Notes under the pieces: model-generated
Database searches by the model: none
What the model saw: only the letters and a program-made list of their open reading frames with translations
Told to the model about the DNA's origin: nothing
Program-made: the position numbers and the translations under genes
In this document: positions 17,987 through 26,916 of the stretch, piece after piece
Position numbering within the stretch: the first letter of the stretch is position 1
Layout: the number at the start of each line of letters is the position of its first letter
Source: Candidatus Altimarinota bacterium
GTDB taxonomy: Bacteria > Patescibacteriota > Gracilibacteria > UBA1369
Direction of reading: 5' to 3'
DNA: 32,000 nucleotides
NCBI GenBank assembly: GCA_041659405.1
Contig: JBAZYK010000006.1
Span: 70,036 to 102,035, forward strand

Positions 17987-19132
17987 TTACTTGTTCCCGT
18001 ACCCATTCGGATGATTTTCATGCCACTTCCAAGCGGTTGCGATGATGTCTTCCAACTTATTTAGTCGCGGATTCCAACCGAGCACCTTGCGTGCTTTTGT
18101 CGAATCGGCAACCAACACGGCCGGATCCCCTTCTCTGCGCGGACCTTCTTCAATTGCGATTTTTTTGCCGGTGACTTGTTCGGCAACTTTCAAAACTTCG
18201 CGAACCGAAAAGCCTGAACCATTTCCCAGATTAAAAATTTCGCCGGAACCTTTCTCAACGCCGCCGTTTGAGGCCACCCCACCAGAAACCTGCGTGCCAT
18301 TTTGATCGCTGACGCCCGAACCTTCATTAGCATCCGTCTGCCCTTTTTTAAACAAATAATCCAGCGCCAACACGTGCGCATCAACCAAATCGGTCACATG
18401 AATGTAATCGCGGATACAGGTTCCATCTGCGGTTGGATAATCCGTTCCAAAAAGTTTCAGATCGCCAATTTTACCAGTAAGCGCCTGCATAATGCGCGGA
18501 AGGATGTGCGTGGAAGGCTCATAATCCTGACCAATTTCACCGGAAGAATCGGCTCCACAAGCATTAAAATAGCGCAAAGCCACAAAATTAAATCCATAAA
18601 AATCCGCATATTTTTGGAGGATCTGTTCAAAAAACAATTTCGACTGTCCGTAAAAATTAGTCGGATTTAGCGGATCAGTTTCTAAAATTGGCACATGCAC
18701 CGGATTGCCATAAACCGCAGCAGTTGAAGAAAAAATGATCTTCTTCACCGGACGCGCGCCGCCGATCGCATCACCCGCACTCCGCATCGCCTCCAAAAGC
18801 CGCACACCATTTACAGTATTATTTTCAAAATATTTTTCCGGAATTTTCATGGATTGACCAACTTCAATCGATCCCGCAAAGTGCAAAACCGCATCAATTT
18901 CATTTTCAGCAAAAACCTTTTGCAAAGCCGCAGAATCAGACAAATCAAGCTGCACGAACTTAGCCGAAACGCCAGCTTTGCCACCACCAGCCTTCGCCGC
19001 GCGCTCCACCGCCTCTTTATGCCCCTTGGAAAGATTATCAACAACCACAACGTCATAACCTTTTTCCACCAACGCTTTTACCGCATGCGACCCAATATAA
19101 CCGGCCCCACCGGTAACCAGAATCTTAGCCAT
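17987..19132 (-). CDS. galE: UDP-glucose 4-epimerase (with internal Gly/Ser/Asn-rich insertion)
   Basis: 381 aa: ILVTGGAGYIGSHAVKALVEKGYDVVVVDNLSKG, FSSTAAVYG, TNFYGQSKLFFEQIL, ALRYFNACGAD, GTCIRDYIHVTDLVDAH. Confidence 0.95.
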   Translation of the reverse strand: MAKILVTGGAGYIGSHAVKALVEKGYDVVVVDNLSKGHKEAVERAAKAGGGKAGVSAKFVQLDLSDSAALQKVFAENEIDAVLHFAGSIEVGQSMKIPEKYFENNTVNGVRLLEAMRSAGDAIGGARPVKKIIFSSTAAVYGNPVHVPILETDPLNPTNFYGQSKLFFEQILQKYADFYGFNFVALRYFNACGADSSGEIGQDYEPSTHILPRIMQALTGKIGDLKLFGTDYPTADGTCIRDYIHVTDLVDAHVLALDYLFKKGQTDANEGSGVSDQNGTQVSGGVASNGGVEKGSGEIFNLGNGSGFSVREVLKVAEQVTGKKIAIEEGPRREGDPAVLVADSTKARKVLGWNPRLNKLEDIIATAWKWHENHPNGYGNK

Positions 19133-19201
19133 AAAAAATCACAAAACAAAAATTTAAGTTCGAACCACTGGTTGTTACTCCCTCTGCCCGACAGATCCAC
19201 T

Positions 19202-21490
19202 TTAATTAATATAAATCTCCCTCGCCTTCGCCCCGTTCACCGGCCCAATCGCGCCGTTTTGCTCCATCATATCAAGCAAACGGGCCGCACGAGCATATCC
19301 CAACTTCAAACGTCTTTGCAACAATGACGCGGAAGCCTTGCGACTTTCAATCACAACCTGCAAAGCCTGCTGATACATTTCTTCATCATCCGAATCAGCC
19401 AAAGTGCTTTCCGGAATTCCCTGAACTTTTTCCTGGGCAACCTTTGTGGAAATAATTTCTTCCAAATAATCCGGCGCAGGACTCACCAATTTAATATTAT
19501 TGGTAACACGTTCAATTTCTTTTGTGGAAACGTAAATTCCCTGAATACGAACCGGCTTACTCATGCCACCGGGCAGATAAAGCATGTCACCTTTTCCAAG
19601 CAAATCTTCTGCACCAATTCCGTCCAAAATCGTTCTGGAATCGATTGAAGAACTCACTGCAAAAGCAATACGCGCAGGAATGTTAGCCTTAATCAATCCG
19701 GTAATAACATCCACAGAAGGTCTTTGGGTAGCCACAATCAGATGAATACCAACCGCGCGCGCCATCTGCGCAATTCTACAAATTGAAGCCTCAACTTCTT
19801 TCCCGGCTGCCATCATCAAGTCAGCCAACTCATCAATCACAATGACAATGTTTGGCATTTTTTGATGACCCACCGATTCTCTTCCTTCCTCGTGAACATC
19901 AACACAAGTATTAAACTCGGTAATATTGCGATGCTTATTTTCCGCACATAATTGATAACGACGATTCATTTCCGCAACCGCCCAACGCAACGCAATCGCA
20001 GCCTTTCCCGGATCGGTAATCACCGGCGTCAAAAGATGCGGAATTCCGTTATATGAACCCATTTCCACACGTTTAGGATCGATCATAATCAACTTCAAAT
20101 CGTTTGGAGAATTCTGATACAAAAGCGAAATCAAAAACGTATTCATTCCCACAGATTTTCCGGAACCGGTGGCACCCGCGACCAATAAATGAGGCATGGC
20201 AGCCAAATCTCCACACATCGGTTTTCCGGAAACATCACGTCCCAAAGGCAATCTTAAGTTAGATTGAATTTCATTAAATTCTTTAGTCTCCAAAATTTCA
20301 CGCAAATGCACCAAAGTTCGGTGATCGTTCGGCACTTCAATTCCAACCAAAGATTTTCCCGGAATCGGAGCTTCAATACGAATCGCCTTAGCCGCAAGAG
20401 CAAGCGCTAAATCGTTCTTCAGCGCCACGATTTTTGAAAGTTTAATTCCTTCATGAGGACGCAAAGTATATTGAATTACCGTTGGCCCAACATGAACCTC
20501 GTGCATGCCAACATCAATCCCAAACTGGGAAAGTTTTTCGCTGATCTTCTGGGCATTATCCTTCAATAAAGCATCATCGGATTCACCTTCGGAAATCGCA
20601 GCAGGATTCAACAAATCCATTGATGGCGGAGCCCAATTTGAAAAAACATCTTCATCACCTTCCTTGGAAGTAAGAGCTTCACGTTCCTCATTTTTAATTG
20701 GAATAATACGCTCAATGGTGGCGGTAGTCGCGATCGGCACAGTTGGCGAAATCTGCGCCCTTTTAATCGTAATCATTTCTGCAGGATTATGATCAGCCGG
20801 CTTTTTAAAATCATCATCAACCAGAGCTTCAACTTTTCTCAACAATTCCTCGGGCATGTTCTTTAACAAATCCTCATCTTCGTCCTCTTCCTCATCTTCA
20901 TATTTACCTGAATTTCGTTGGCGAATAAAATGCAAATCCGGTTTCAGGAAACTGACAAAATTAACAATCGAAACCTCAAAAGTTAAAAGAATCGAAACAA
21001 TTAGCAAAGTTATAAAAATAGCACTCGCTCCAATCGCATTTATACCTATGATCTCCCTCACCAAAAAATTGGTAACAAAGCCAACATATCCACCATAATT
21101 GCCACCCTGGGCCATAGTATAAAGATCATTCATCGGCACCGAAAGATGCAAAATACTCAAAGATGAAACCATTAAAAGAAAAATTCCAACCAGTCTGGAA
21201 AAAGGGAAAACAATCTTCTTGGAAAGAAAAAGCATTAACGAAGCCCCGATCAAAAAAACCGGCAAAGCGTAAGTCCCCCAGCCCAAAATAGGCTTTAAAA
21301 CACTAACCCACATCGCGCCGGCATCACCAAAATTATTGCGCAAACTTAAGAAGGTAATTGCGCCCAGGCCCAGGTAAAAAACCGCATAAATTTCACGCAG
21401 AACCGAAGATTTAACCTTAAAAGTTATTGCCCCCCTTTTGCGCCGAGTTGTGCGCGTCTGATTGCGACGACGTCTTCGAGCCATAATCAA
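19202..21490 (-). CDS. ftsK: DNA translocase FtsK/SpoIIIE
   Basis: 762 aa: N-terminal TM helices, PHLLVAGATGSGKSVGMNTFL, VIVIDELADLMMAAGKEVE, RIAFAVSSSIDSRTILD, and C-terminal gamma-like winged helix (QQALQVVIESRKASASLLQRRLKLGYARAARLLDMMEQNGAIGP). Confidence 0.97.
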   Translation of the reverse strand: MIMARRRRRNQTRTTRRKRGAITFKVKSSVLREIYAVFYLGLGAITFLSLRNNFGDAGAMWVSVLKPILGWGTYALPVFLIGASLMLFLSKKIVFPFSRLVGIFLLMVSSLSILHLSVPMNDLYTMAQGGNYGGYVGFVTNFLVREIIGINAIGASAIFITLLIVSILLTFEVSIVNFVSFLKPDLHFIRQRNSGKYEDEEEDEDEDLLKNMPEELLRKVEALVDDDFKKPADHNPAEMITIKRAQISPTVPIATTATIERIIPIKNEEREALTSKEGDEDVFSNWAPPSMDLLNPAAISEGESDDALLKDNAQKISEKLSQFGIDVGMHEVHVGPTVIQYTLRPHEGIKLSKIVALKNDLALALAAKAIRIEAPIPGKSLVGIEVPNDHRTLVHLREILETKEFNEIQSNLRLPLGRDVSGKPMCGDLAAMPHLLVAGATGSGKSVGMNTFLISLLYQNSPNDLKLIMIDPKRVEMGSYNGIPHLLTPVITDPGKAAIALRWAVAEMNRRYQLCAENKHRNITEFNTCVDVHEEGRESVGHQKMPNIVIVIDELADLMMAAGKEVEASICRIAQMARAVGIHLIVATQRPSVDVITGLIKANIPARIAFAVSSSIDSRTILDGIGAEDLLGKGDMLYLPGGMSKPVRIQGIYVSTKEIERVTNNIKLVSPAPDYLEEIISTKVAQEKVQGIPESTLADSDDEEMYQQALQVVIESRKASASLLQRRLKLGYARAARLLDMMEQNGAIGPVNGAKAREIYIN

Positions 21491-21543
21491 AAATTACAAA
21501 AACAGCGATATTATACTAAAAAAGCTTCGTTTTGGAAATAAGG

Positions 21544-21939
21544 TTATTTACTTGCAGGTGCCCACGGCCCAAAATAAGGTTTTTTCCGTTTATTTATTGT
21601 AAAAAGCTGACAACCTTTCTCATCATAGACAAATTTACCTCTCCCCTGTTCATTTTTCGCTTTCTTATTTTTGGGAATTATATATTTCTCAGCTAAAAGC
21701 TCGTCAAAGGCCACATCAAAATGGGCACGGTCTTCAGGCTTAATGCCCAAATCCTCTACAAGCTGCTCTCTTGAAAACGGATAACAAGTATCAAAATGTA
21801 GCTCATGTTGCGCATCCAATCTTGTTCGTAAAAGATGCTTAAATATAACCACGTTATCTTCAGGCAAAATTTCTCCCCCCATTCTGACTCCAGGCGTTCT
21901 TGGTTGTTTCTCAGTCCTTCTTTCTACTTCGAGTGCCAT
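21544..21939 (-). CDS. Hypothetical protein (131 aa)
   Basis: MALEVERRTEKQPRTPGVRMGGEILPEDNVVIFKHLLRTRLDAQHELHFDTCYPFSREQLVEDLGIKPEDRAHFDVAFDELLAEKYIIPKNK...; preceded by clear promoter boxes; no family assigned. Confidence 0.7.
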   Translation of the reverse strand: MALEVERRTEKQPRTPGVRMGGEILPEDNVVIFKHLLRTRLDAQHELHFDTCYPFSREQLVEDLGIKPEDRAHFDVAFDELLAEKYIIPKNKKAKNEQGRGKFVYDEKGCQLFTINKRKKPYFGPWAPASK

Positions 21940-21961
21940 ATTTTACGATTAAAACAAGCGT

Positions 21962-21990
21962 ATAATATCACCTTTAATCGCCACAGTCAA
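21962..21990 (-). promoter_or_regulatory. Putative promoter A
   Basis: Minus strand TTGACT (21985-21990), 17-bp spacer, TATTAT (21962-21967). Confidence 0.7.
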
Positions 21991-22072
21991 CACCATCGCA
22001 GCAGTAAGCCTTAAAACGATCCTTCGTCAACGAAGTCGCGAATAGAACAGATTATTTCAAACTCGCAATTTA
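21976..22072 (-). repeat. Duplicated ~95-bp promoter-associated module, copy A
   Basis: 48 nt identical to copy B (21997-22044 = 23453-23500), with flanking similarity out to ...AAACTCGCAA on one side and the -35 box on the other. Confidence 0.9.
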
Positions 22073-22080
22073 ATCAAATT

Positions 22081-23388
22081 CTACATCAAAGTATAAGCCG
22101 CCCGCATTTTTACATCTTTCTTACCCTCTCCAACTTTAACAAACCAGCGCTTTCTATTATCAACTAGATCAACATACTCAACTTTGGTAACTCCTGTTAA
22201 TGTGATCCTAACATTATCAGCATCTAAAAAACCCACTTTGACATTAGAATCAAGTTTAAATTCTTCTGATCCATCTAAAGCGGTACAATCGCTCTCGGTC
22301 CTATCAATTATAGGCGGCAACTCATGCTTCGCCACTGACCAATATTGACCTTCATATCTTTTTAAAGATTTTTGCGTAAGTCCCAAGTATTCATAATCTT
22401 TTATTAATCTTAAACCATGTTCTTTTAGATAATCATGAGAATTTTCATCAAAATTTCGAGCAGGAGAATCCACACCATCACAAATACTTACTTCACATCT
22501 TTCCAATGGGCCAGACCAGCCAGATGAATCATCTTGTATTTTAGTTGGCTCCAAGTAAATCAAAGTTGGCTCACCACCTCTATTATTTAAAAACTGCATA
22601 CTTATACCAAGAATTTGGTGTCTATTTCCTTGCAAATTCATATTTTGAACTAATTTTTTCGGAGATTGACGAGCAGGACTGATTACCAACTCCGGAGTTC
22701 GCATAACATTAATAATATTTTTTAATTGTTGTGGACTTAGTGCCATTATTTTACGAATTACTTGTTCTTTAGTAGGCACATAAATTTCAGGATCCAATTC
22801 CTTTGCAGAGAAAACGGCATCATCATAACCAGCCACTAATTTTAATATTTTTTCTTTTTCGAATTTATTAAATGGTAGCTGTTCAACAAAATCCATCAAA
22901 TCCTTTTCAGCATCATCCCTTAAAGGTTCTGTGCTTTTTTGTGTAACAGAATAAAGGCTCTTGCCTTTTGAATTTGATTTAAAAGCAGCACCCATCGCCT
23001 TTGAAACTCTTTGGTTAACTTTATTTAATCTTCTACGCATTGCAGGAGTAACCACTTCTTCGCTATCTGATCTCAATAACCTTTTTCCAGTTTTTTGAAT
23101 TTCTTCTAACCTCTCTATACGACCTTTAGTTTCTTCTAAATAACTCTTTAAATAAACTTTAAAATTCTCAAGGTAACCTAAAAGTTCGTTCACCTGTTTA
23201 ACCGTAAAATCTTCCTGAGCTGTAATCCCAATTTTTGATGCATATTCATCAACATCCGAAATTTCCAAAAAAAATTTTCTTAAATAAAAATTCATTTTTT
23301 TTGGATCTCCAATTTTATTAAGTTCCTCCAATAAATGTTCCGGAGATGGTTCAGAACTATTTATTTCTAAATTTTTTGAGAACGTCAT
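22081..23388 (-). CDS. Hypothetical protein (435 aa)
   Basis: Long open frame MTFSKNLEINSSEPSPEHLLEELNKIGDPKKMNFYLRKFF...; coding composition, promoter B upstream; no recognised family. Confidence 0.8.
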   Translation of the reverse strand: MTFSKNLEINSSEPSPEHLLEELNKIGDPKKMNFYLRKFFLEISDVDEYASKIGITAQEDFTVKQVNELLGYLENFKVYLKSYLEETKGRIERLEEIQKTGKRLLRSDSEEVVTPAMRRRLNKVNQRVSKAMGAAFKSNSKGKSLYSVTQKSTEPLRDDAEKDLMDFVEQLPFNKFEKEKILKLVAGYDDAVFSAKELDPEIYVPTKEQVIRKIMALSPQQLKNIINVMRTPELVISPARQSPKKLVQNMNLQGNRHQILGISMQFLNNRGGEPTLIYLEPTKIQDDSSGWSGPLERCEVSICDGVDSPARNFDENSHDYLKEHGLRLIKDYEYLGLTQKSLKRYEGQYWSVAKHELPPIIDRTESDCTALDGSEEFKLDSNVKVGFLDADNVRITLTGVTKVEYVDLVDNRKRWFVKVGEGKKDVKMRAAYTLM

Positions 23389-23417
23389 ACATTCATGCTT
23401 AGATTTATTTTCTATAC

Positions 23418-23446
23418 ACTATACCATTTTAAAGAATCGCAGTCAA
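23418..23446 (-). promoter_or_regulatory. Putative promoter B
   Basis: Minus strand TTGACT (23441-23446), 17-bp spacer, TATAGT (23418-23423). Confidence 0.7.
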
Positions 23447-23530
23447 CACCGCCGCAGCAGTAAGCCTTAAAACGATCCTTCGTCAACGAAGTCGCGAATA
23501 AACCAGAAAATCCCAAACTCGCAACTGAAT
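23435..23530 (-). repeat. Duplicated ~95-bp promoter-associated module, copy B
   Basis: See copy A; contains the imperfect operator/hairpin CTTCG-TTGA-CGAAG (minus strand). Confidence 0.9.
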
Positions 23531-23628
23531 TAAACACGCCATGATTTGGAGCAAACCACTCATCTCAAATTTTGCCATAATGACAAATATTGCTATTATA
23601 AGCACGATTTTTTAATTTTGCCCACCCC

Positions 23629-25329
23629 ATGCGCACCCGTTTTGCCCCTTCACCTACAGGTTACCTCCATGTTGGAGGCCTTAGAACTTGTTTATACAAC
23701 TACCTGATCGCCAAAAAAAATAAAGGCACTTTTATTCTTCGCATTGAAGATACCGACCAGACTCGTTATGTAGAAGGCACCGTGGAAAGCCTTTTATCAA
23801 CTTTGAATTGGATGGGGCTGGATAATGATGAAGGCCCATTTTTGGAAAAATCCGCCGATTCCAAATCCGAAACTGCCAATCCTGCTCACGACCAAAAATC
23901 CGCCGCCGGAAAATCCACCACCATCGCCCAAAAAGGCAACTTTGGCCCATACATTCAATCTCAAAGAACCGAACTTTATCGCAAACATGCACAAGAATTA
24001 TTAGAAAAAGATGCCGCTTATTTTTGTTTTTGTACGACTGAGCGACTGGAGCAAATGCGTGAGCAGCAAGCCAGAAACAAGCAAGCTCCCATGTATGATC
24101 GCACCTGTTTAAAACTGAAACCGGAAGAAGTCGAAGCCAAAAAACAAGCCGGAACACCTTTTGTAATCCGCCAAAAAATCCCCCGTGACCAAAAAGTCAC
24201 CATCAAAGATCTGATTCGCGGACGCGTTGAATTTGACGGCAAAACTATTGATGATCAGGTTTTAATCAAATCCGACAACTTCCCGACTTATCATTTGGCC
24301 AATGTTGTTGATGACCATTATATGGAAATCACCCACGTGATCCGCGGTGAAGAATGGCTTCCTTCTACGCCAAAACACATCTTTCTGTACAAAGCTTTTG
24401 GCTGGCAGGAACCTGAATTTGCGCATATTCCCCTGCTCCTTAATAAGGACAAAACTAAACTCAGCAAGCGCCAGGGCGACGTAAGTGTGGAAGACTACAT
24501 CAAAAAGGGCTATTGCAAAGAAGCCATCATCAATTTTATTGCGCTTCTTGGCTGGCATCCGGGCAAAGGTGAAGAACAGGAAATGTTTAGTTTGGATGAG
24601 CTGGTAGAGAAATTTTCGTTTGAGCAAATCCACAAAGCCGGCGCGATTTTTGATATCGAAAAACTGAACTGGTTTAATTTTAAGTGGAACAAAAAGAAAT
24701 ATCAGGAAAAATTGGAGAAAATTGCCAAAGAAATCGATCCAAATGCGACAATCACTCAAACCGAAAAAGGCGAATCAATTTACAGCTTTAGTAAGCCAGA
24801 ATCTGAAAAAACTTTTACCGAAAAGCGTGGTGAAATTCTTTACAACATGGCTGAAAATCATCTACCGGAAGAGTGGAAGAAAGAAGTTGCGACCGCCGAC
24901 AAAAATACGGTCCCAAAACTTTACCGCTGCCTTATCACCATTGAAGAAAAAATTCTGCGCACACCACTTGAAGCTAAAGACCACCTTAACTTCTATTTTG
25001 AACAAAAAACTTTAGATAACGAAGCTTTATTTGCTCTCATGCTCAACCCAAAAATGAAGGTTGATCAGGAAACTGCCAAAAAAGCGATCAATACAGCTCT
25101 CGTCAAACTCACAGAATTGGATAACGACAACTTTAACAATCAGGAAAAAATCAAAGCCACACTTTTACAAACCGTAATCGACTTAAACCTTAAAAATGGC
25201 CAGGTTCTGTGGCCACTCCGCGTTTCGCTTACCCACGAACAATTTTCCCCGGGAGTTTTTGAAGTAATTTGGGCTTTAGGCAAAGAAGAAACCATTCAAA
25301 GACTCAAAAAGGATCTGGCACTTTTATAG
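23629..25329 (+). CDS. gltX: Glutamyl-tRNA synthetase
   Basis: 566 aa: RFAPSPTGYLHVGGLRTCLYNYLIAKKNKGTFILRIEDTDQTRYVEG and KLSKRQGDVSVEDY. Confidence 0.97.
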   Translation: MRTRFAPSPTGYLHVGGLRTCLYNYLIAKKNKGTFILRIEDTDQTRYVEGTVESLLSTLNWMGLDNDEGPFLEKSADSKSETANPAHDQKSAAGKSTTIAQKGNFGPYIQSQRTELYRKHAQELLEKDAAYFCFCTTERLEQMREQQARNKQAPMYDRTCLKLKPEEVEAKKQAGTPFVIRQKIPRDQKVTIKDLIRGRVEFDGKTIDDQVLIKSDNFPTYHLANVVDDHYMEITHVIRGEEWLPSTPKHIFLYKAFGWQEPEFAHIPLLLNKDKTKLSKRQGDVSVEDYIKKGYCKEAIINFIALLGWHPGKGEEQEMFSLDELVEKFSFEQIHKAGAIFDIEKLNWFNFKWNKKKYQEKLEKIAKEIDPNATITQTEKGESIYSFSKPESEKTFTEKRGEILYNMAENHLPEEWKKEVATADKNTVPKLYRCLITIEEKILRTPLEAKDHLNFYFEQKTLDNEALFALMLNPKMKVDQETAKKAINTALVKLTELDNDNFNNQEKIKATLLQTVIDLNLKNGQVLWPLRVSLTHEQFSPGVFEVIWALGKEETIQRLKKDLALL

Positions 25330-25480
25330 CCAAAAATCAACTCAAAGGAAATCACAAACCTTTACAACCATAAATTTTAAAGGCATCATTGGGGCGAACA
25401 CACAAAGCTCGCTCACCCAACGGTACAAGCAGCTCTTCGGGCCCACTAGTAACTGTAATTCCCATAACCTCTAGCAGCCC

Positions 25481-25804
25481 ATGAACTTTTCAGAACTTCA
25501 ACAAATCATTAAACACTTAAAAAAAGAGGTACCCTGCCATGCTTGCCAGAAAAAGTTTGGCAACAGAGGCATGCAGGTAATTTCCACTTTTCAGAACGAA
25601 GCCTTGCTGCAAATGGATTGTTTTAATTGTACCAACCGTCTGCTTGTTCACGTCGCGATCATCAATCAGCAACAGGAAAAAGGCACACTTAAGCCCCAAG
25701 CGGAATTCACTTTTCACAGTGAAATCAGCAAAAACGAAATCTTGGACATGCACAATTTTCTGAATAAATTTAATGGAGATTTTAAAGAACTCTTCACCAT
25801 ATGA
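25481..25804 (+). CDS. Small CxxC/CxxC protein, putative zinc ribbon (107 aa)
   Basis: MNFSELQQIIKHLKKEVPCHACQKKFGNRGMQVISTFQNEALLQMDCFNCTNRLLVHVAI...; two CxxC pairs. Confidence 0.75.
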   Translation: MNFSELQQIIKHLKKEVPCHACQKKFGNRGMQVISTFQNEALLQMDCFNCTNRLLVHVAIINQQQEKGTLKPQAEFTFHSEISKNEILDMHNFLNKFNGDFKELFTI

Positions 25805-26106
25805 AAAATATGAAAAAAAATTCTTTCACCACGCATGCAAGCAAAACAAGCTCCATTCTAGCGCTAGGCGCTTTTGCTCTAACCGCAGCGATAATTCTGG
25901 GCGGTTGCAACCAACTTAAAGAACAAGCTCAAGGTCTTAGAAAAAGCGGCGAAACTTTGGTAAATCAGGCCTCACAGCAGGCCGAAGCGGCGAAAACCCA
26001 ACTAATCCAAACCAAAGCGGAAATCGACCAAAAAGTTAAGGATTTGCAAGATGCCGGCCAAAAAGTCCAAGAGGCCAACGCCGCAATCCAGAAACTGGGA
26101 AAATAA
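25801..26106 (+). CDS. Small putative lipoprotein (101 aa)
   Basis: Signal peptide with lipobox IILGGC at about aa 30-35, then a coiled-coil rich tail; start ATG overlaps the preceding stop (ATGA). Confidence 0.75.
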   Translation: MKNMKKNSFTTHASKTSSILALGAFALTAAIILGGCNQLKEQAQGLRKSGETLVNQASQQAEAAKTQLIQTKAEIDQKVKDLQDAGQKVQEANAAIQKLGK

Positions 26107-26150
26107 TTTAATTCTAAAAATCCTTTCACAAGGGTACTAGGGTCTTCAAG

Positions 26151-26222
26151 GGAATAAATGTGTCATTTGAACACATCCCGCAGCAAAGCGAGGACTGTGT
26201 GAAAAGGACGCATTTATTCTCC
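26151..26222 (+). repeat. Hairpin repeat unit 4 (same architecture, divergent loop)
   Basis: Left GGAATAAATGTGTCATTTGAACACA (26151-26175), right TGTGTGAAAAGGACGCATTTATTCTCC (26196-26222), loop TCCCGCAGCAAAGCGAGGAC. Ends 1 nt before ATG 26224. Confidence 0.85.
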
Positions 26223-26223
26223 T

Positions 26224-26916
26224 ATGAAATTAAAGATACAGTTTCACCTCCATACCAAAAAAGACCCGCTTGATGCCGTAAAACACACCGAAATGGAGCT
26301 GATCGACGAAGCGGCCCGCCTTGGATATGATGTTTTGGCCATCACCTGTCATGATGTGCTTATTTTTGAGGAAAGTTTAAAGAAATACGCCGAAAAAAAG
26401 CGCATTTTGCTGATTCCCGGGATCGAAAAAACCATTCTCGGCCGGCATGTTTTGATCATCAACGCCGACATCCACTCCCAATACATCAAAAATTTTGCGG
26501 ATCTTAAAAAATATCGCCAAGATCATCCCGAAATTCTGGTGATTGCCCCGCATCCATGCTATCCGGGCCCAATTTGTCTTCATAAACATCTGGAAAAACA
26601 CATCGACCTTTTTGATGCGATTGAGTATTCCTGGTATCACTCGGCCAAACTGAATCAGTACAACAAAAAAGCCATCGCCATTGCCGAAAAGTATCATAAA
26701 CCATTAATTGGTACTGCCGATAACCACATCCTAAAATACCTGAACATGACTTATAGCCTTGTGGACAGCGAAAAAAACGTGCCATCAATTTTCAAAGCCA
26801 TCAAAGCCAACAATCTTCAAATCGTCAGCCTAAATCTACCCTGGTGGAAACTGTTTACGATTATGCCTTACATGCTAATCACGGCATACATAAAAAAGTT
26901 CACGCTGAAGTGCTAA
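26224..26916 (+). CDS. PHP-domain metal-dependent phosphoesterase-like protein
   Basis: 230 aa: KIQFHLHTKKDPLDAV..., LAITCHDVLIFEE, LLIPGIEKTILGRHVLIIN, VIAPHPCYPG, DAIEYSWYHS, PLIGTADNH. Confidence 0.85.
   Translation: MKLKIQFHLHTKKDPLDAVKHTEMELIDEAARLGYDVLAITCHDVLIFEESLKKYAEKKRILLIPGIEKTILGRHVLIINADIHSQYIKNFADLKKYRQDHPEILVIAPHPCYPGPICLHKHLEKHIDLFDAIEYSWYHSAKLNQYNKKAIAIAEKYHKPLIGTADNHILKYLNMTYSLVDSEKNVPSIFKAIKANNLQIVSLNLPWWKLFTIMPYMLITAYIKKFTLKC

Noticed and set aside
18253-18345. Intein or mobile insertion in galE
   Set aside because: Too short (~30 aa), no splice motifs, reading frame kept; more likely a loop expansion.
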